DNA of 64,000 nucleotides, from the NCBI RefSeq assembly GCF_009914755.1, contig NC_060930.1. One strand, given 5' to 3'. A program made the translations under genes and the position numbers. Positions 1-16,500 of this stretch are shown here, in pieces. Each line of letters begins with the position of its first letter. The first letter of the stretch is position 1. The stretch comes from the human T2T-CHM13v2.0 reference genome, Homo sapiens. The notes beneath the pieces are model-generated. The model worked only from the letters and a program-made list of their open reading frames with translations, was not told the DNA's origin and searched no databases.

Positions 1-1000
1 CCCTAGTAGAGGTTCTACATGGGGACTCTGCCCCTGCAGCAGGCTTCTGCCTGGCATCCAGCCTTTTTCATATATCTTCTGAAATCTAGGCCAAGCCTCC
101 TTCACTCTTGCACTCTGCATTCCTACAGGCTTAATGCCACATGGAAGCCACCAAGGCTTATGGCTTGTGCCCTCTTAAGTGACAGCACAAACTGTACCTG
201 GGGTCCTTTGAGCTGTGGCTGGAGCTAGAATGGCCTAGATGCAGGCAGCACTGTTCCAAGACTGCACAGGGCAGTGGGGCTCTGGGCCTAGCCCATGGAA
301 TCATTCTTCTCTCCTAGGCTTCTGGGGCTATGACAGGAGGGGCTGCCTCTTAGATCTCTGAAATGCCTTTGAGGCCTTTTTCCCATTGTCTTGGCTGTCT
401 TTTAGTTATGCAAGTTTCTCTAGGAAGTGGTTGCTCAGCAACCTGCTTGAATTCCTCCCCTGAAAATGCTTTTTCTTTCTCTGCCGCATGGCCAGGCTGC
501 AAATTTTCCAAACTTATATGCTCTGTTTCTTGTTCCAATACAAATTCCAACTTTAAGTCATTTCTCTGCTCCCGCATCTGACCAAAGCCTGTTAGAAGCA
601 GCCAGGCCACATCTTGAACACTTTGTTGCTTAGAAATTTCCTTTACCAGATACCCTAGGTTGTCACTCTGAAGTTCAAATTTCCACAAGTCCCTAGGGCA
701 CAAACAGAATGCAGCCAACTTCTTTGCTAGGGCATAACAAGGGTGACCTTTGCTCCAGTTCTCCATAAGTTCCTCATTTCCATCTGAGACTTCATCAGCC
801 TTCACTGTCCATAGCACTATCAACATTTTGGTCATAACCATTTAACCAGTCTCTAAGAAGTTCCAGATTTTCCCTTATCTTTCTGTTTTCTTCTGAGCTC
901 TCCAAACTCTTCCAAGCTCTGCCTGTTACCCAGTTCCAAAGTCCCTTCCACATTTTCAGATATCTTCACAGCAATATCCCACTCTTCAGTACCAATTTTC
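1..1000 (-). mobile_element. MaLR (MST-type) internal region, truncated by window start
   Basis: The minus ORF 350-841 (DEVSDGNEEL..NWSKGHPCYALAKKLAAFCLCPRDLWKFEL..EISKQQSVQDVAWLLL) is the typical MaLR internal ORF remnant. It abuts the LTR via gaaaattggtac on the minus strand. Confidence 0.9.
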
Positions 1001-1409
1001 TGTGTTAGTTCATTCTTGTATTGCTAAAAAGAAATACATGAGACTTGGCAATTTATTAAGAAAAGAGGTTTAATTGGCTCACAATTCTGCAGGATATACA
1101 GGAAGCATGGCACTAGCATTTTCTTGGCTCCTGAGGAGGACTCAGGGAGCTTTAATTCATGGCAGAAGGCAAAGCAGGAGCTGGCACATTATGTGGCAGA
1201 ACAGGTACAAGAGAGAGTGGGGGGTGGGAAGGTGCCATATACTTAAACAACCAGATCTCATAAGAACTCACCCACTATTGTAAGGAGAGCACCAAGCCAT
1301 GAGAGATCTGCCCTCATGACCCACACACCTCCCACCAGGCCCTCCCTCCAATGTGGGGGATTACATTTCAACATGAGATTTGGGTGGTGGGAATATCCAA
1401 ACTATATCA
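1001..1409 (-). mobile_element. MST-type MaLR LTR (MSTA/MSTB-like), 5' LTR of the element
   Basis: tgtgttagttcattcttg...gaaaagaggtttaattggctcac...tttcaacatgagatttgg...aaactatatca is the reverse complement of the MST LTR, with TG..CA ends. Confidence 0.88.
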
Positions 1410-3585
1410 CCCCCCAACCAACAAAAACAAAAATAAATATACACACCAATATTATCCCCATCAACATCTCAGAACTCAAATATGAAGATGAGATAGTTCT
1501 TGGGGCCACAGAGAAGTGAAAAAACTCTGAGACAACAGTGAGAGAACTGGACTTCCTCATCTGTGATGGTTTTCCCCCATCTTCTTGACATGAAGTACAT
1601 GGAAAATTTCCCCCCAACTCATGGTTTCTACACACACAAAAAAGTGAGATTGAGGTGGACGACCAGCTTCCCCACCATCTTGAACTACTTGACAGGAGAC
1701 CTCTCCCTCCCTAAACCCCTGGGAAGCATCAGGAGTGCCCGAAAAGAAAAATATCCCTATGAAGAGCCAGAGACAAAAGGGGGAAGTGGGACTACCATCC
1801 CACCCTAGAAATTTTTCTCTGTAGCTTGACAAAAAGAGATACCAAATCGGAGTGGCTGCTCAGCATCACCACACTGTAGGAGGTTTATTCCATTACTCCC
1901 CAGGGCATGAACCCATAGCCAGCTTCCCACACTGCTGGAATATCCCTTTGGCATTTCTCCTGTTCAGGATAAGTGGTACTCTGATTATTTACTAGAACTG
2001 AGGCAAACCTGAGCTTAAGGCACCATCTAGTGCCAAAAAGGAGGCAGCAACATAGCAGATTGTTTTTAACAAAAAGAAAATTGAAAAGTAAATTACAAAG
2101 AATTTTTTAGTAAACATATCTGATAAAAAATCAAAACAAACCAGATAGAGAATACTGGAATAAATAATACTTCAATACAAAGACACAGATGTACATGCAC
2201 ACGAAACAACAGCAAACAGGGAACCATGACTACCTCAAACATACAAAGCTGGGAACCAGTGACTGACTCTCACAAGATGATGATAATGTGAACTCTCTCA
2301 CCAAGAATGCAAAGTAGCAGTTTTAAGGAAACTTGGTGATCTTCAAGGTAACACAGAAAAGCAATTCAGAAATTTATCAGAAAAAATTAACAAAGCGATT
2401 AAAGAGAAAATCTTGGAACTGAGAAATACATTTGCTGAACTGAAAAAAATCATGAGAGGCTCTCAACAGTAGAATGGATCAAGCAGAGGAAAGAATCAGT
2501 GAGTTCAAAGACAGGTTATCTGAAATACAGAAAGAGAAAAAAAGGAAAAAAATGAAAAGCAATGAAGAATGCCTATAAGACATGGAAAATTACCTCAAAA
2601 GATAAAATCTAAGAATTATTAGTGTTCAAGTTGAACAAGTTGAACAAGAACAAGGAGGTAGAAAGCTTATTCAAAGACATATTAACAGAAAACTTGCCAA
2701 ACTTTGAGAAAGAGATAAATATCCAGGTAAGGGAAGGTCAGAGAACATCAAACCGATTTCACTCAAATAAAGCTACCAAAAGGCACATAATAATCAAACT
2801 CTTAAACCTCAAGGAAAGAGAGATAATCCTAAAAGCAGCAAGAGAAAAGTAAATAAAATGTAAAGGAGATCCGATTCATCTGGCAACAGACTTCTCAGTG
2901 GAAACTGTACATGCCAGGAGTGAGTAGGATGACATTTTCAAAGTGCTGAAAGAAAAAAAAAATAACTTATATCCAAGAATATTGTCTCCATAAAGCTATC
3001 TTTCGAATATGAAGAAGAGACAAGGTCTTTCCCAGATAAACAAAAGCTGAGATAATTCACCACCAGGAGACCTGTCTATAAGAAATGTTAAAGAAAGGTC
3101 TTCAATCTAAAGAAAAAAATAAAAAACACTTAACATGCAAGAAGAAAGCATTTCAAGGTATTAAACCCACTGATACAATTTAGTGCATTAGACAAACCCA
3201 AAATGCTCTACTACTATAATTGTGGTGTTCAGTCCACTCATAACAATAGTATGAAGCCCAAAAGACAAATATTTCAAAAACAATAATAGCTACAGCAGCC
3301 TTTTAAGAAACAGGTAACGTAAAAAATATGTAAATTGAGACTACTAAAAGTCAAAATAGATGGAGCTTAAAATGTAGAGTATTTTTTTCTTTGTTTCTAT
3401 TTTTTCTTTGTGATCTAAGTTGTCATTTATTTAAAATAACTTATTATATCTATGTGTTTTGTAAGCCTCATAGTAACCACAATGCAAAAACCTATAAAAG
3501 AGTGACAAAAAATTAAAAGCAACAAATTAAAACATACTACCAGAGGAAATCACTTAAACACAAAGGAAGACAGAAAGAAAAAAAG

Positions 3586-3655
3586 AAGAGAGGGGTTACA
3601 AAACAACCAGAAAACAAGCAAAGAGAGGGGTTACAAAACAACCAGAAAACAAGCA
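3586..3655 (+). repeat. Perfect 35-bp tandem duplication in the L1 inter-ORF region
   Basis: aagagaggggttacaaaacaaccagaaaacaagca occurs twice (3586-3620, 3621-3655). Confidence 0.95.
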
Positions 3656-6600
3656 AAAAATGGCCATTGTAAGTCTTCACTTATCAACAATAACACTGAA
3701 TGTAAATGGACTAAATTCTCCAATTAAAAGGCATAGAGTGGCTGAATGAATAAAGAAACATGACCCAACTATATGCTGCCCACAGGAAATTCACTTCCTC
3801 TATAAAGACACACAGACTGAAAGTGAAGGGGTGGAAAAAGATATTCCATATAACTAGCAACCAAAAAAGGTCAAGAGTAGCTATACTTATATCAGATAAT
3901 AGACTACAAATCAAAGACTGTAAAAAGAGACAAAAACACTATATAATGATAAAGGGGTCAATTCAGCAAGAAGATATAAAATCATAAATATCTACGCACC
4001 CAACACCATAGCTCCCAAGTATATAAACATTAATAAATCTAAAGGGAGAGATAGATTGTAATGTAATAATAACAGGGAACTTCAATACACCATTTTCAGT
4101 AATGAACAGATCATCCATACAGAAAATCAACAAATATTGGAGTTAAGCTACACCCTTGACCAAATAGGCCTAAATGTCATTTACAGAACATTTCACGCAG
4201 TTGCTGCAGAATACATACTCCTTTCATCAGCACATGGAACATTCTACAGAACAGATCATATCATAGACCACAAAACAAGTATCAACAAATTCAAAAATTA
4301 GAAATCATATCAAGTATCTTTTTTGACCACAATGAAATAAAACTAGACATCAATAACAAGAGAAACCTTGGAAAATACACAAACACATGAAAATCAAACA
4401 ACATGCCTCTAAATGACCAATGGATCAATGAATAAATTAAGAAGAAAATTTAAAAATATCTTAAAAAAATAAAATGTAATATACCAAAATCTATGGATAT
4501 AGCAAAAATAGTACTAAGAGGGAAGTTTATAGGAATAAACTTTCTTCATAATTCAAAAAAGTAGAAAGGCTTCAAATAAACCACCTAACAATGTTCCTCA
4601 AAGAAAGAGGAAAGAAAGAATAAACCAAACCCAAAATTAGTAGAAGGAAAATAATAAAGATCAGAGGAAAAATAAATGAATGAGATTTAAAAAGCAATAA
4701 AGAAAATCAACAAAATGAAAAGTTGGTTTTACTGACAAACATTTGGCTAGACTAAGAAAAATAGAGAGAGAATCCAAATAAACAGTATCAGAAACACAAA
4801 AGAAAACATAACAACTGGGACCACAGAAATACAAAGACTCATTAGAGACTATTATGAACAATGATATGCCAACAAATTGAAAAATCTAGAAGAAACGGAT
4901 AAATTTCTGGACACATGCAATTTATCAAGACTGAACCATGAAGAAATAGAAAACTTCAATAAACCAGTAATGAGTAATGAGATCAAAGCTGTAATAAAAA
5001 GTATTCCATTAAAGAAAAGCCCACAATCTGTTGACTTCACTGCTGAATTCTATCAAACACTAAATTAAGAACTTATACCAATTTCACTCAAACTTTTAAA
5101 TAAAATTGAAGAGGAGATAATACTTCTAAACTCATCCTATGAGGCCAGCATTACTCTGATATCAAAACCAGACAAGGACACAACAAAAAAGAAAACTACA
5201 GGCTAATATCCACGATGAATATAGATGTGAAAATCCTCAGCAACACACTAGCAAACCAAATTCAACAACCCATTAAAAAGATCATTCACTGTGGTCAGGT
5301 GGGATTCATGGGATTCATCCTGGGGATGCCAACATATACAAATTAATAAACAGGATACATCACATCAACAGAATTAAGGATAAAAACTATGTCATCATTT
5401 CAATAGATGTTGGAAAATCATTTGATAATACTAAACATCCTTTTATGATTAAAAAAACCCTCAACAAACTAGGTATAGAAGGAACATACGTCAAAATAAT
5501 AAAGGCTATATATGACAAAACCACAGCTAACATTGTACTGAATAAGTAAAAATTGAAACCCTTTCCTCTAAGATTTGGAACAAAACAAGAATCTCTACTT
5601 TTACCATGTTTTTTCCACATAGTCCTGGAAGCCCTGGCCAGAGCAATTAGGTAAGAGAAAGAATTAATAGACATAATAGGTAGGGAAGAAGTCTAATTAG
5701 CTTCATTCACAAATGACATGATCCTGTACTTAGAAAAACCTAAAAACTCAACCAAAAAACTCTTAGAACTGATAAAGTCAGTAAAGTTGCAGGATACACA
5801 ATCAACTTTAAAAAATCAGTAGTATTTATATACACCAACAGCAAACAATCTTAAAAAGAAATCAAGAAAGCAATCCCATTACAATAGCTACAAAGAATAT
5901 AAAATGCCTAGGAATCAATTTATCCAATGTGGTGAAAGATCTAATAAGGAAAAATATAAAACAATGATGAAAGAAACCGAAGAGGACATTTTAAAATGGA
6001 AAGATATTCCATGCTCATGGATTGGGAGAATTAATATTGTTAAAATAATTCTACCCAAAGTAACTTACAGATTCAATGCAATTCCTATTAAAATTCCAGT
6101 GAAATTCTTCACAGAAATAAGAAAAAATTTTCTAATATTTATATAGACCCACAAAAGACTCCAAATAGCCAATGTAATCCTGAGCAAAAAGAACAAAGCT
6201 GAAGGTGTCACACTCACCTGACTTCAAAATATCCTCCAAATTTATAGTAACCAAATCAGCATTGAACTGGCATAACAACAGGCACATAGAGCAATGAAAC
6301 AGAATAGAGACCCAGATATAAATCCAAACATTCACAGCCAACTCATTTTTGACAAAGGCAGCAAAAAGTTGCAATGGAGAAAGGACAGTCTCTTCAATAA
6401 ATGGTGCTGGGAAAACTGAATAACCATATGCAGAAGAATGAAACTGAACCCCTATCCCTCCTCATATACAAAAATCAAATAAAAATGGATTAAAGACTTA
6501 AATCCAAGACCTGAATCTATGAAACTACTGGAAGAAAATATTGGGCAAATGCTCAAGGATTGTGGTCTGGGCAAAGATTTTTTTGTGTAAAATCGCAAAA

Positions 6601-6954
6601 GCACAGGCAACCAAAGCAAAAATAGACAAATGGAAAGACATCAAGGTAGAAAGCTTTTGTACAGTAAGTGAAACATTAAGTGAAGAGACAACCCAGAGGA
6701 TGGGAGAAAATACTTGCACATTATCTATCTGACAAGGAATTAATAACCAGAATATATAAGCAGCTGAAGCAGCATGATAGTAAAAATAAAAAATTAAATC
6801 CAATTAAAAAAAATCTGAATAGACGTTTCTCAAAAGAAGACATACAAGTAGCTAATAGGTATATGAAAAAATGCTCAATATCACTTATCATCAGATAAAT
6901 GTACATTAAAACCACAATGAGATATCATTTCACCCCGGTTAAAATGCTTTTATC

Positions 6955-7327
<373 letters not shown>

Positions 7328-7905
7328 CTAATACACTGTTGTTAAGAATATAAATTGGCACAGCCACTAAGGAAAACTGTATGGAGGCTCCTCAAAAAAA
7401 TTATAAATAGAATTACCATATATATGATCCAGCCATCCACTACTGGGTATGTATCTAAATCAATATATCAAAGAGATACACGCACTCTCATGTTTATTAC
7501 AGAACTATTCGCAACAGCCAAAATACAGAATCAATGTAAATGTCCATCAGTGGACAAATGGATAAAGAAAATGTGGTATATATACACAATGGAATATTGT
7601 TCAGCCATAAACAATGCAATCCTGTCACCTGCAGCAACATAGATGGAACTGGAAGTCACTCAGTGAAACAAGCCAGACACAAAAAGATAAATATTGCACA
7701 TTCCCCCTCATATGTGGAGGACAGAAAAAAAGTGGATCTCATGAAGATAGATAGAGAATAGAGTGGTGGTTACCAGAGGCTGAGAAGGGCAGGGGAATGA
7801 TGAGAAATCAATTAACGGGCACAAATGTACCACTGGATAGAAGAACTAAGACCTAGTGCTGGACAGGGCAGTAAGGTGGCTATAGTTTACAATAATACAT
7901 TATGT

Positions 7906-9350
<1,445 letters not shown>

Positions 9351-9359
9351 CTAATAGAA

Positions 9360-9900
9360 ATATACAATAAAATATTTACAGATGAAATGCTATTTGAGAT
9401 TTACTTCAAAATAATTTTGTAATGGGGCTGGAGCAGATGAAAAGGGATTAGCTGGGTGTTACTGGTTTAAGCTGGTGATAGGAGCATATATTAAAATTTG
9501 TACAATAAATTTTGTAAAACGTCAGCTAAGTAAAAGATTTTTAAAAGGACATTGAGAAATATTTATTGTAAAGCTACATAATCAAAATTGATAGACTGGC
9601 TTTGAAATGAAAAACAACGTTAAGAAATAGACCAAATAATACCTAAAATTTGTCATATGACAAATTTGGCATTTCTAATTAATAAGGAAGAAATGATTCC
9701 TAACTGGGTACCTCACTAATCTTTAGAGAGAAAAATAAATGGGTAACAGCCTTACACAATACCATACATGCAAATATAATCCACAAGGATTAAGTTCCAA
9801 ATAAAATTTAAAATATGTAAGAACAAATTACATAAATGTGCAATGTAAAGTTAGAAACATATTAATAAAGTTCTTCTACATCTAATAATAAAAACAGATC
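9360..9900 (+). mobile_element. Highly diverged L1M(E/C) fragments
   Basis: atttacagatgaaatgctatttgagatttacttcaaaataa (L1ME-type 3' motif) and ORF2-like aaagctacataatcaaaa...tatgacaaatttggcatt. Confidence 0.5.
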
Positions 9901-10203
9901 TAAGGACTTTTTACAATATCACGAACTGAAAAATTATTCTCATATGGAAAGGCATTACTGAAAAAAGAGTATTTCAATGAAAAAAGTTACTTAAACAGTG
10001 GATAAACAAAAACTGAAATACAAATGCCCAGTATACTAAATATGGTTCCATTTTTTGCGGTCTAACAACTGAAACCCTTTCTGATCCAGAGAAGTCCCTA
10101 CTTTGGGTTTTTCAGGCAGGAAGTGAGTGGCTCCATCCATAAGAAGGGGAAGTATAAGTCACTTTCCCTCCTAGGCCCATCCAGCCTGGGCAAACAACTG
10201 TGA

Positions 10204-10546
<343 letters not shown>

Positions 10547-10579
10547 TGATGTAGACAAATAGTTTGCTCACAGTCTATT

Positions 10580-10900
10580 AGAAGATACACATGTTGGCCC
10601 AAACTTTTTGGAGAAAATTTGGCAATATGTATCAACAGCTATTAAACAGTGAAGACACTGACTCAGCAGTTACACTCCTAAAAAGTATTAAGAGAAAATA
10701 CTCACCCTAGTATGAAAATGTGTTCACAGAGATGCTTATCATAGCGTTGTTTATATTTACAACACAAATTGGAAGCTACCTGAATGTACAATAGAACATG
10801 AATCAGATAAATTATGGTGCACCCACATAAAAGAATTATATGCAACCATCATAACTAAGGAGGTGAAAAATCAGGCTAAAAAACAGTATTTGCACTAGAA
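10580..10900 (+). mobile_element. L1ME-like 3' fragment
   Basis: tttttggagaaaatttggcaatatgtatcaac...gactcagcagttacactcc...gataaattatggtgcacccacataaaagaattatatgcaacc. Confidence 0.6.
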
Positions 10901-11299
10901 TCTCATTTCACTATGTGCGTGTGCATATATGTGTGAATAGACGCATACACACCCACACATTCAGGGAGAGAATGAAGTTTACACGCTAGCACGTTAACGG
11001 TGGTTACCTCTGCGGGGGGGGGGGCAGCTAATGCTAATAAGCTATTGTGTTTTTTCCCTTCGTTTGTTTCCTTTGTTTTGTCTATTTATAGTTTCTATTT
11101 TCCAAAATATGTTGTTTCTTTAAAAAGTAAGAAAACGTTTAGAAATAATATTTCTGAAGTTAAAAAATAATTACACCAACATACTATTTTTCTGTATCTG
11201 CATCTTACATTTCCCATAAAATAAATGCATATTCTACAAAGACTCTACTAAGAATAGAGGGTTTTTTAAATGGCCAAACTGCACTCATTAAATCAGAGT

Positions 11300-12041
11300 T
11301 ATGCTTCACTTTTTAATTCAACTCTAGCTTGTCTTTCAGTAAATAACTGAAATAAACATATTTTGGACAGGCTCATTCAAATGGACCACCATTTAAAATA
11401 TCTATTAGAATACTAGAAGCACAAATCCTTCAAAATTTGCATAAGCTTTTAAATTGTGGGGTTTTATATGTAGAAAATTACATTGTATCTTTTCCCTTGG
11501 TATTATTTAGTTGTTTACTTTAAGGCTATTTATCCTTGAATGAAAAAAAAAATAGTTGCCATGTTTTTGTAATTCACAAACTTCAATAGCACTGTGCCAT
11601 AACTAGAAATAATAGAATTAGATGTGTAATAGGAATCCTACGTGTTGAGTATAACTAAAATGCTGCAACCTATTTAAAGATTAATTTTTCAAGTTGGGTT
11701 TATAAATCATTTACAAAGAAATTGAGCAGAACTAAAATTACAGTCCAACTGTCACATTCCTGCGATGTGACCGCAGTGTGCTCGGGCTGGAAGCCACAGC
11801 AATGAGTGTTTGCAGAGCCGAAAGCTCTGCCAGACCATCAGGAACAAATATCTTCCACTGGCCAGATACTGGATCAACAACCATTAAATATAATACGAAC
11901 CATCTTCCATGGCCATAGCTCAAAAGCTATGAACACAAACAGTTGCAAATATGTCACTGGAAACTCAGGCACCCTCACACTGATTGGTCCATGCACTGCA
12001 CAAATCGCCTCCATTCTAGCTCAAGAGAAACCCCCATGACC
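11300..12041 (-). ncRNA. Candidate terminal exon of a minus-strand transcript (3' end not defined)
   Basis: Acceptor cttgttttcatctctgttttgaaag|GTCATGG at ~12041 followed by unique sequence. ATTAAA (plus tttaat) near 11312. Motif-only inference. Confidence 0.25.
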
Positions 12042-12729
12042 TTTCAAAACAGAGATGAAAACAAGTCCTCAGTGACTAATTTTAGAGACCTGCCTTTTCT
12101 CTTGTCCCTCCTTTGATAAGTTTCTTGTTCTATGTATCAACATTTACAAATGCTGCTCTGTTTTCCACAAGCTGCACACACTAGGGCCTCCCCACCTCTG
12201 CTCCTCAGTATGCATGACTGTGTACATTTTAGGAGGGGATGTAAATGGCCTCAACTGTATGAAAGCATGACACAACCTTTGGGATGATTCTGTGGTTTCA
12301 CTGGCTCACCCACGTTACGTAGGAGACTGCAACGCATGGAGGTGGCCGATGTTTATGGCTGGTATAACGCAGCACCGCCCAGCAGCAGCTCAGCCTTCTT
12401 GAGGCCGGTGCCTCTCCACCCTCCCTCACTCACAGAACATCGAACCTCTCCATTCTGTAAACTCAATGAAAATAATGCATCCATAACAAAGGCTCAATTC
12501 TAAATTTACCAGGAGGCATAGGTCTAAATTCTGTGATTAGAGGTTACATTTCTAAGAATCACTGTAAACCTTCCTAACATTCATGCATGCACGTCTCATG
12601 TCTGAGATGCAGCCACATCCTTCCTCATGTTAAAAAGCTGATGTCTGGTCTGATCTCAGCCTCCCACACATAGCAGTGGCTTTGTATCAAATTCTACCCT
12701 TTCTGCCACAGCACCTAGCACTGCCTGAC

Positions 12730-12835
12730 ATGTTGTCTGTGTTTTTCACTAGATTAAGGTCCATGAAAACAGAATCTTGGCCAGCCCTGTTCACCTGTTT
12801 TCATGGCACTCATTAAATATGTGTTGAATGAATGG
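12730..12835 (+). mobile_element. L2 3' end fragment
   Basis: tagattaaggtccatgaaaacaga...ggcactcattaaatatgtgttgaatgaatg, the typical L2 tail. Confidence 0.65.
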
Positions 12836-13253
12836 ATATATGGATTACATTTTGTACATAAAAATGTACCTTCTTGACATTAGCATTTCAATAAGTGAAT
12901 TGATGCTGGTTTTCTTTTCTTAGGTCCAGAGTTAGGAAGCAAGGAAGTTTTCTAGAATTAAGAATGACATTGAATCTTCATTTTTTTTCTACTGGAGTTC
13001 ATTCGTGTTGATTCCTTCCTTAAACCAGTAAAGATTACTGCCTTTCAAAACCAAAGACAATTATATCTTAATCCCGTGGACATTGGGGAGCAAACACTGC
13101 TTCCAATCCATCTGAGGAACAGAAACATTTGGATAAGAGAAAGACAATTCAGTAGTAACTTGTCAAATACTTCCTGGCAGAGAGCAGATGGGCAGCAGAC
13201 TCCTGCAGAATAGAGCTTGTTTCCCAGAAGCACCCCAGCATCCAGCTCGCTGA

Positions 13254-13649
<396 letters not shown>

Positions 13650-14699
13650 TAATTACTACTCTTTACAGTGGCAAAGGCAGATCTTGAAGGTTCTATTGTA
13701 ATTTTCTTTTTTCCCAATAAAAGTATCTTTAAAGTCTTAAATAAACTAAAACATTTCAGCTGTATTTAAAGTTTAGATACAACAAATTATATACTTATCA
13801 TTGTACATTTTTAATTTTAATACAAGTGAAAATTTTTGAATAATTATTTGAAGACATATAACCTTCAATTTTTTAAATTTCTTAACTTTTTCAAACTTAT
13901 ATTTTTTCAGGGAAAAACATTTAACATTTTTATACTTCACATAATTCCCTTATTTTTTAATACTTGGAGTCACTGAGAATGAGTACAAGATGAGACATTA
14001 ATAGAAATAGAAAATACTAAAAATGGGAATCAAAAAGCAATCAAAATAGAAAATCTTCTCAAATAAGTTTACTTCATTTATTTCTAATTGCAAAAAAGAA
14101 AGCAGACATGGATTTTACCAAAGTCTATAACAAATTATTGAATAAAGATCTAATATTGAGTAGAAAATTTTTTTTTATCAAATCCATAACTTGAACAGAG
14201 CAGAGGGAACTGCCTCAACTTCCTATTTTTTATTATTAATAAATGAGAAATACATTGCCAGTCTTTTAGCAGAATACCCACAAATGCACAATGAAAATTA
14301 CATTCAATTGTATTTGAAGTTTTGTTTACTTTAGTCATATAAATGAAATTTTATTTAGTTTCAATTTTTATGTGACATAGGTGTATTTGTCAATGGGTAG
14401 ATGTGTATATTTGTTGTTGGGTAAAACATGTTCTTTTCATAGTTGGTTAACTGAAATAACAATTGCAACCTCTGGCTTCTGGCAGTCCCTTAATCTAGAC
14501 CCCAAAAACAGGAAAACTTAAAATTAAAAAAAAAAAAAAGATGCTTCAGATGAAGTTACACCTAGAAGGGGAATTATCCCTGGGCCTGTATCACTGGGAG
14601 GTCTCCTGACTATTGATAGCAATCCAGCACCTATTTTTGAGCACCTACAGTTTATGGCAAAAACAAAAACAAAAACATATATATGTGTGTGTCAGACTC

Positions 14700-15100
14700 C
14701 CGAGATGTAGAGGTCTCAAGAGATCAAAGTCTGTAGGGGAAACAGAAAAGTGAATTACAGGTCTGTGAAAGAGCTGAGCAGAAAAGCCTGAGACCTGCTC
14801 AGAGGAAGACAGGCTCCCAGGGAAGAACACATGTGTTAGACAGAGCTTCAAGGGAAGATGAGGATTAGCAAGGGAGGTAGTGGAGCTCAGGGTTTCCAAA
14901 GAAAGCACAGGACACAGGCATGGCCATGTGAGACAGCGTGGCATGGAAGGAGGGAGACAGCCCACATGGGTTGGAGTAAATGGCTTTGCAGGAAAATTGG
15001 GGGGGGCGGGGGCGGTGGTGAGGTGAGAACGATTGGGTGCTAGACAGAAATGAGTCTTATATCCTATGCCCAGGAGTGACTGGGGACTCCTGAAACTTTT
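14700..15100 (-). mobile_element. L2 fragment
   Basis: Purine-rich gaagacaggctcccagggaagaacacatgtg..gagcttcaagggaagatgaggattagc, typical antisense L2. Confidence 0.5.
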
Positions 15101-15522
15101 TTGCATGGAAATAACAAAAGTGACTAAATAGAAAACAATGGAGAATGTATTTCCTGAGAAAGATCCATCAGAAAGCAATGCCTAGTTGGAATCTCAGAAG
15201 TTCCCTAAAGACAGCAGGAGTAAGGTTTTAGTCACCCTCCTTTAATGGGTCATCTATTCCCTGTGCTCAGAAACAGAAAAGGCAGAGAGGCAAGAGGGAA
15301 TGAGCAGAGATCCCACATTGGGCACCACCAGCAATGGAGCTGCAAACACAGGCAGAGCCCCCAAGGAAGGAGCTGTGTTCACAGAACCATGCAGGCACCG
15401 GCCTGTGATCCCATCTGCTGCAGTGATGAGCATGTGCTTCACCCCAAAACTCTCAAGGAAGGTGACAATCTCACAAGCAACCATGCATCACCAACTGGTA
15501 ATGGTTCTCAAGAAGGTAAGCC

Positions 15523-15590
15523 TGTGTGTGTGTGTGTGTGTGTGTGTGCACATGTGCACGTGTATGCATACATGTGCCTGTGTGCATGTG
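15523..15590 (+). repeat. (TG)n microsatellite with degenerate tail
   Basis: tgtgtgtg... followed by tgcacatgtgcacgtgtatgc. Confidence 0.9.
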
Positions 15591-16500
15591 TATTCTGCCT
15601 AACTGCCCTAACTAGAACATCCAATACAATGATGAACAGAAGTGGTGAGAATGAACATCCTTGTTTTTCCTCATCTTGGGGAAAGCACCCAGCCGAAAAC
15701 CATTAAGACTGCTGCTAGTCACAGGGTTCACAGGTGGCTTTATTAGGTTAAGGAAGCCCCCTTCCATTTGCTGCTGTTGCTGTTGCTAAGTGTTTGTATC
15801 ACGGATGGTTGTTACATTTTGTCAAATCATTTTCCTGTGTATGTGATATGATTGTGTGGTTTTGTTTTGCTGATGTGATGCATTACATGTGCTAATTTGC
15901 ATTTGTTAAACCAACCTTGCATTCCGGGGACGAATCCCACTTGCTGATGGTGTGTAATCCTTTTCATAGATTGCTAGATTTTATTTGCTAGTAATTTGTT
16001 GGAGATTTTTGTATTTCTATTCACAGAAAACATTGGTCTTGGTTTTCTAATTTTTTTGATGTTTTTAATCTGGTTTTGGACTCAGGGTAATACTCATCTC
16101 ACAGAGTGATGTATTCTCTCCTCTTCTATCTATTGGAAGAGTTTGTGAAGAATTCATATTAATTCCCTTTTAAGAGTCTGGTAGGAATAACCAGTGAAGC
16201 CATCTTATCCTTGGCTTTTCTTTGTGGGAAGTTTTTTTTATTATTATTACTAAGTTAATCTCTTTACTTGTTATAGATCTAGTTCAATGTTCTACTTATT
16301 CTTGAATCAATTTCAGTAACTCATGTCTTTCTAGGAATTTGTCCATTTAATCTAAATTATCTAATTTATTGTAATATAGTAGTTAAAATATTCATTTATA
16401 ATTTTTAAAATCTCTATAAAGTTGGTGGTAATGGTCTCTCTTTTGTTCCTGATTTTAGTAATTTGAGTCTTCTCTTTTTTTTTCTTGGTCAGCTCTAGCT
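15590..16500 (-). mobile_element. L1M ORF2 fragment
   Basis: ctagaacatccaatacaatgatgaacagaagtggtgagaatgaacatccttg; aaccaaccttgcattccggggacgaatcccacttg; ctaggaatttgtccatttaatctaaattatctaattt. Confidence 0.85.

Noticed and set aside
350-841. 163-aa ORF
   Set aside because: It is a MaLR internal ORF remnant, not a host gene.
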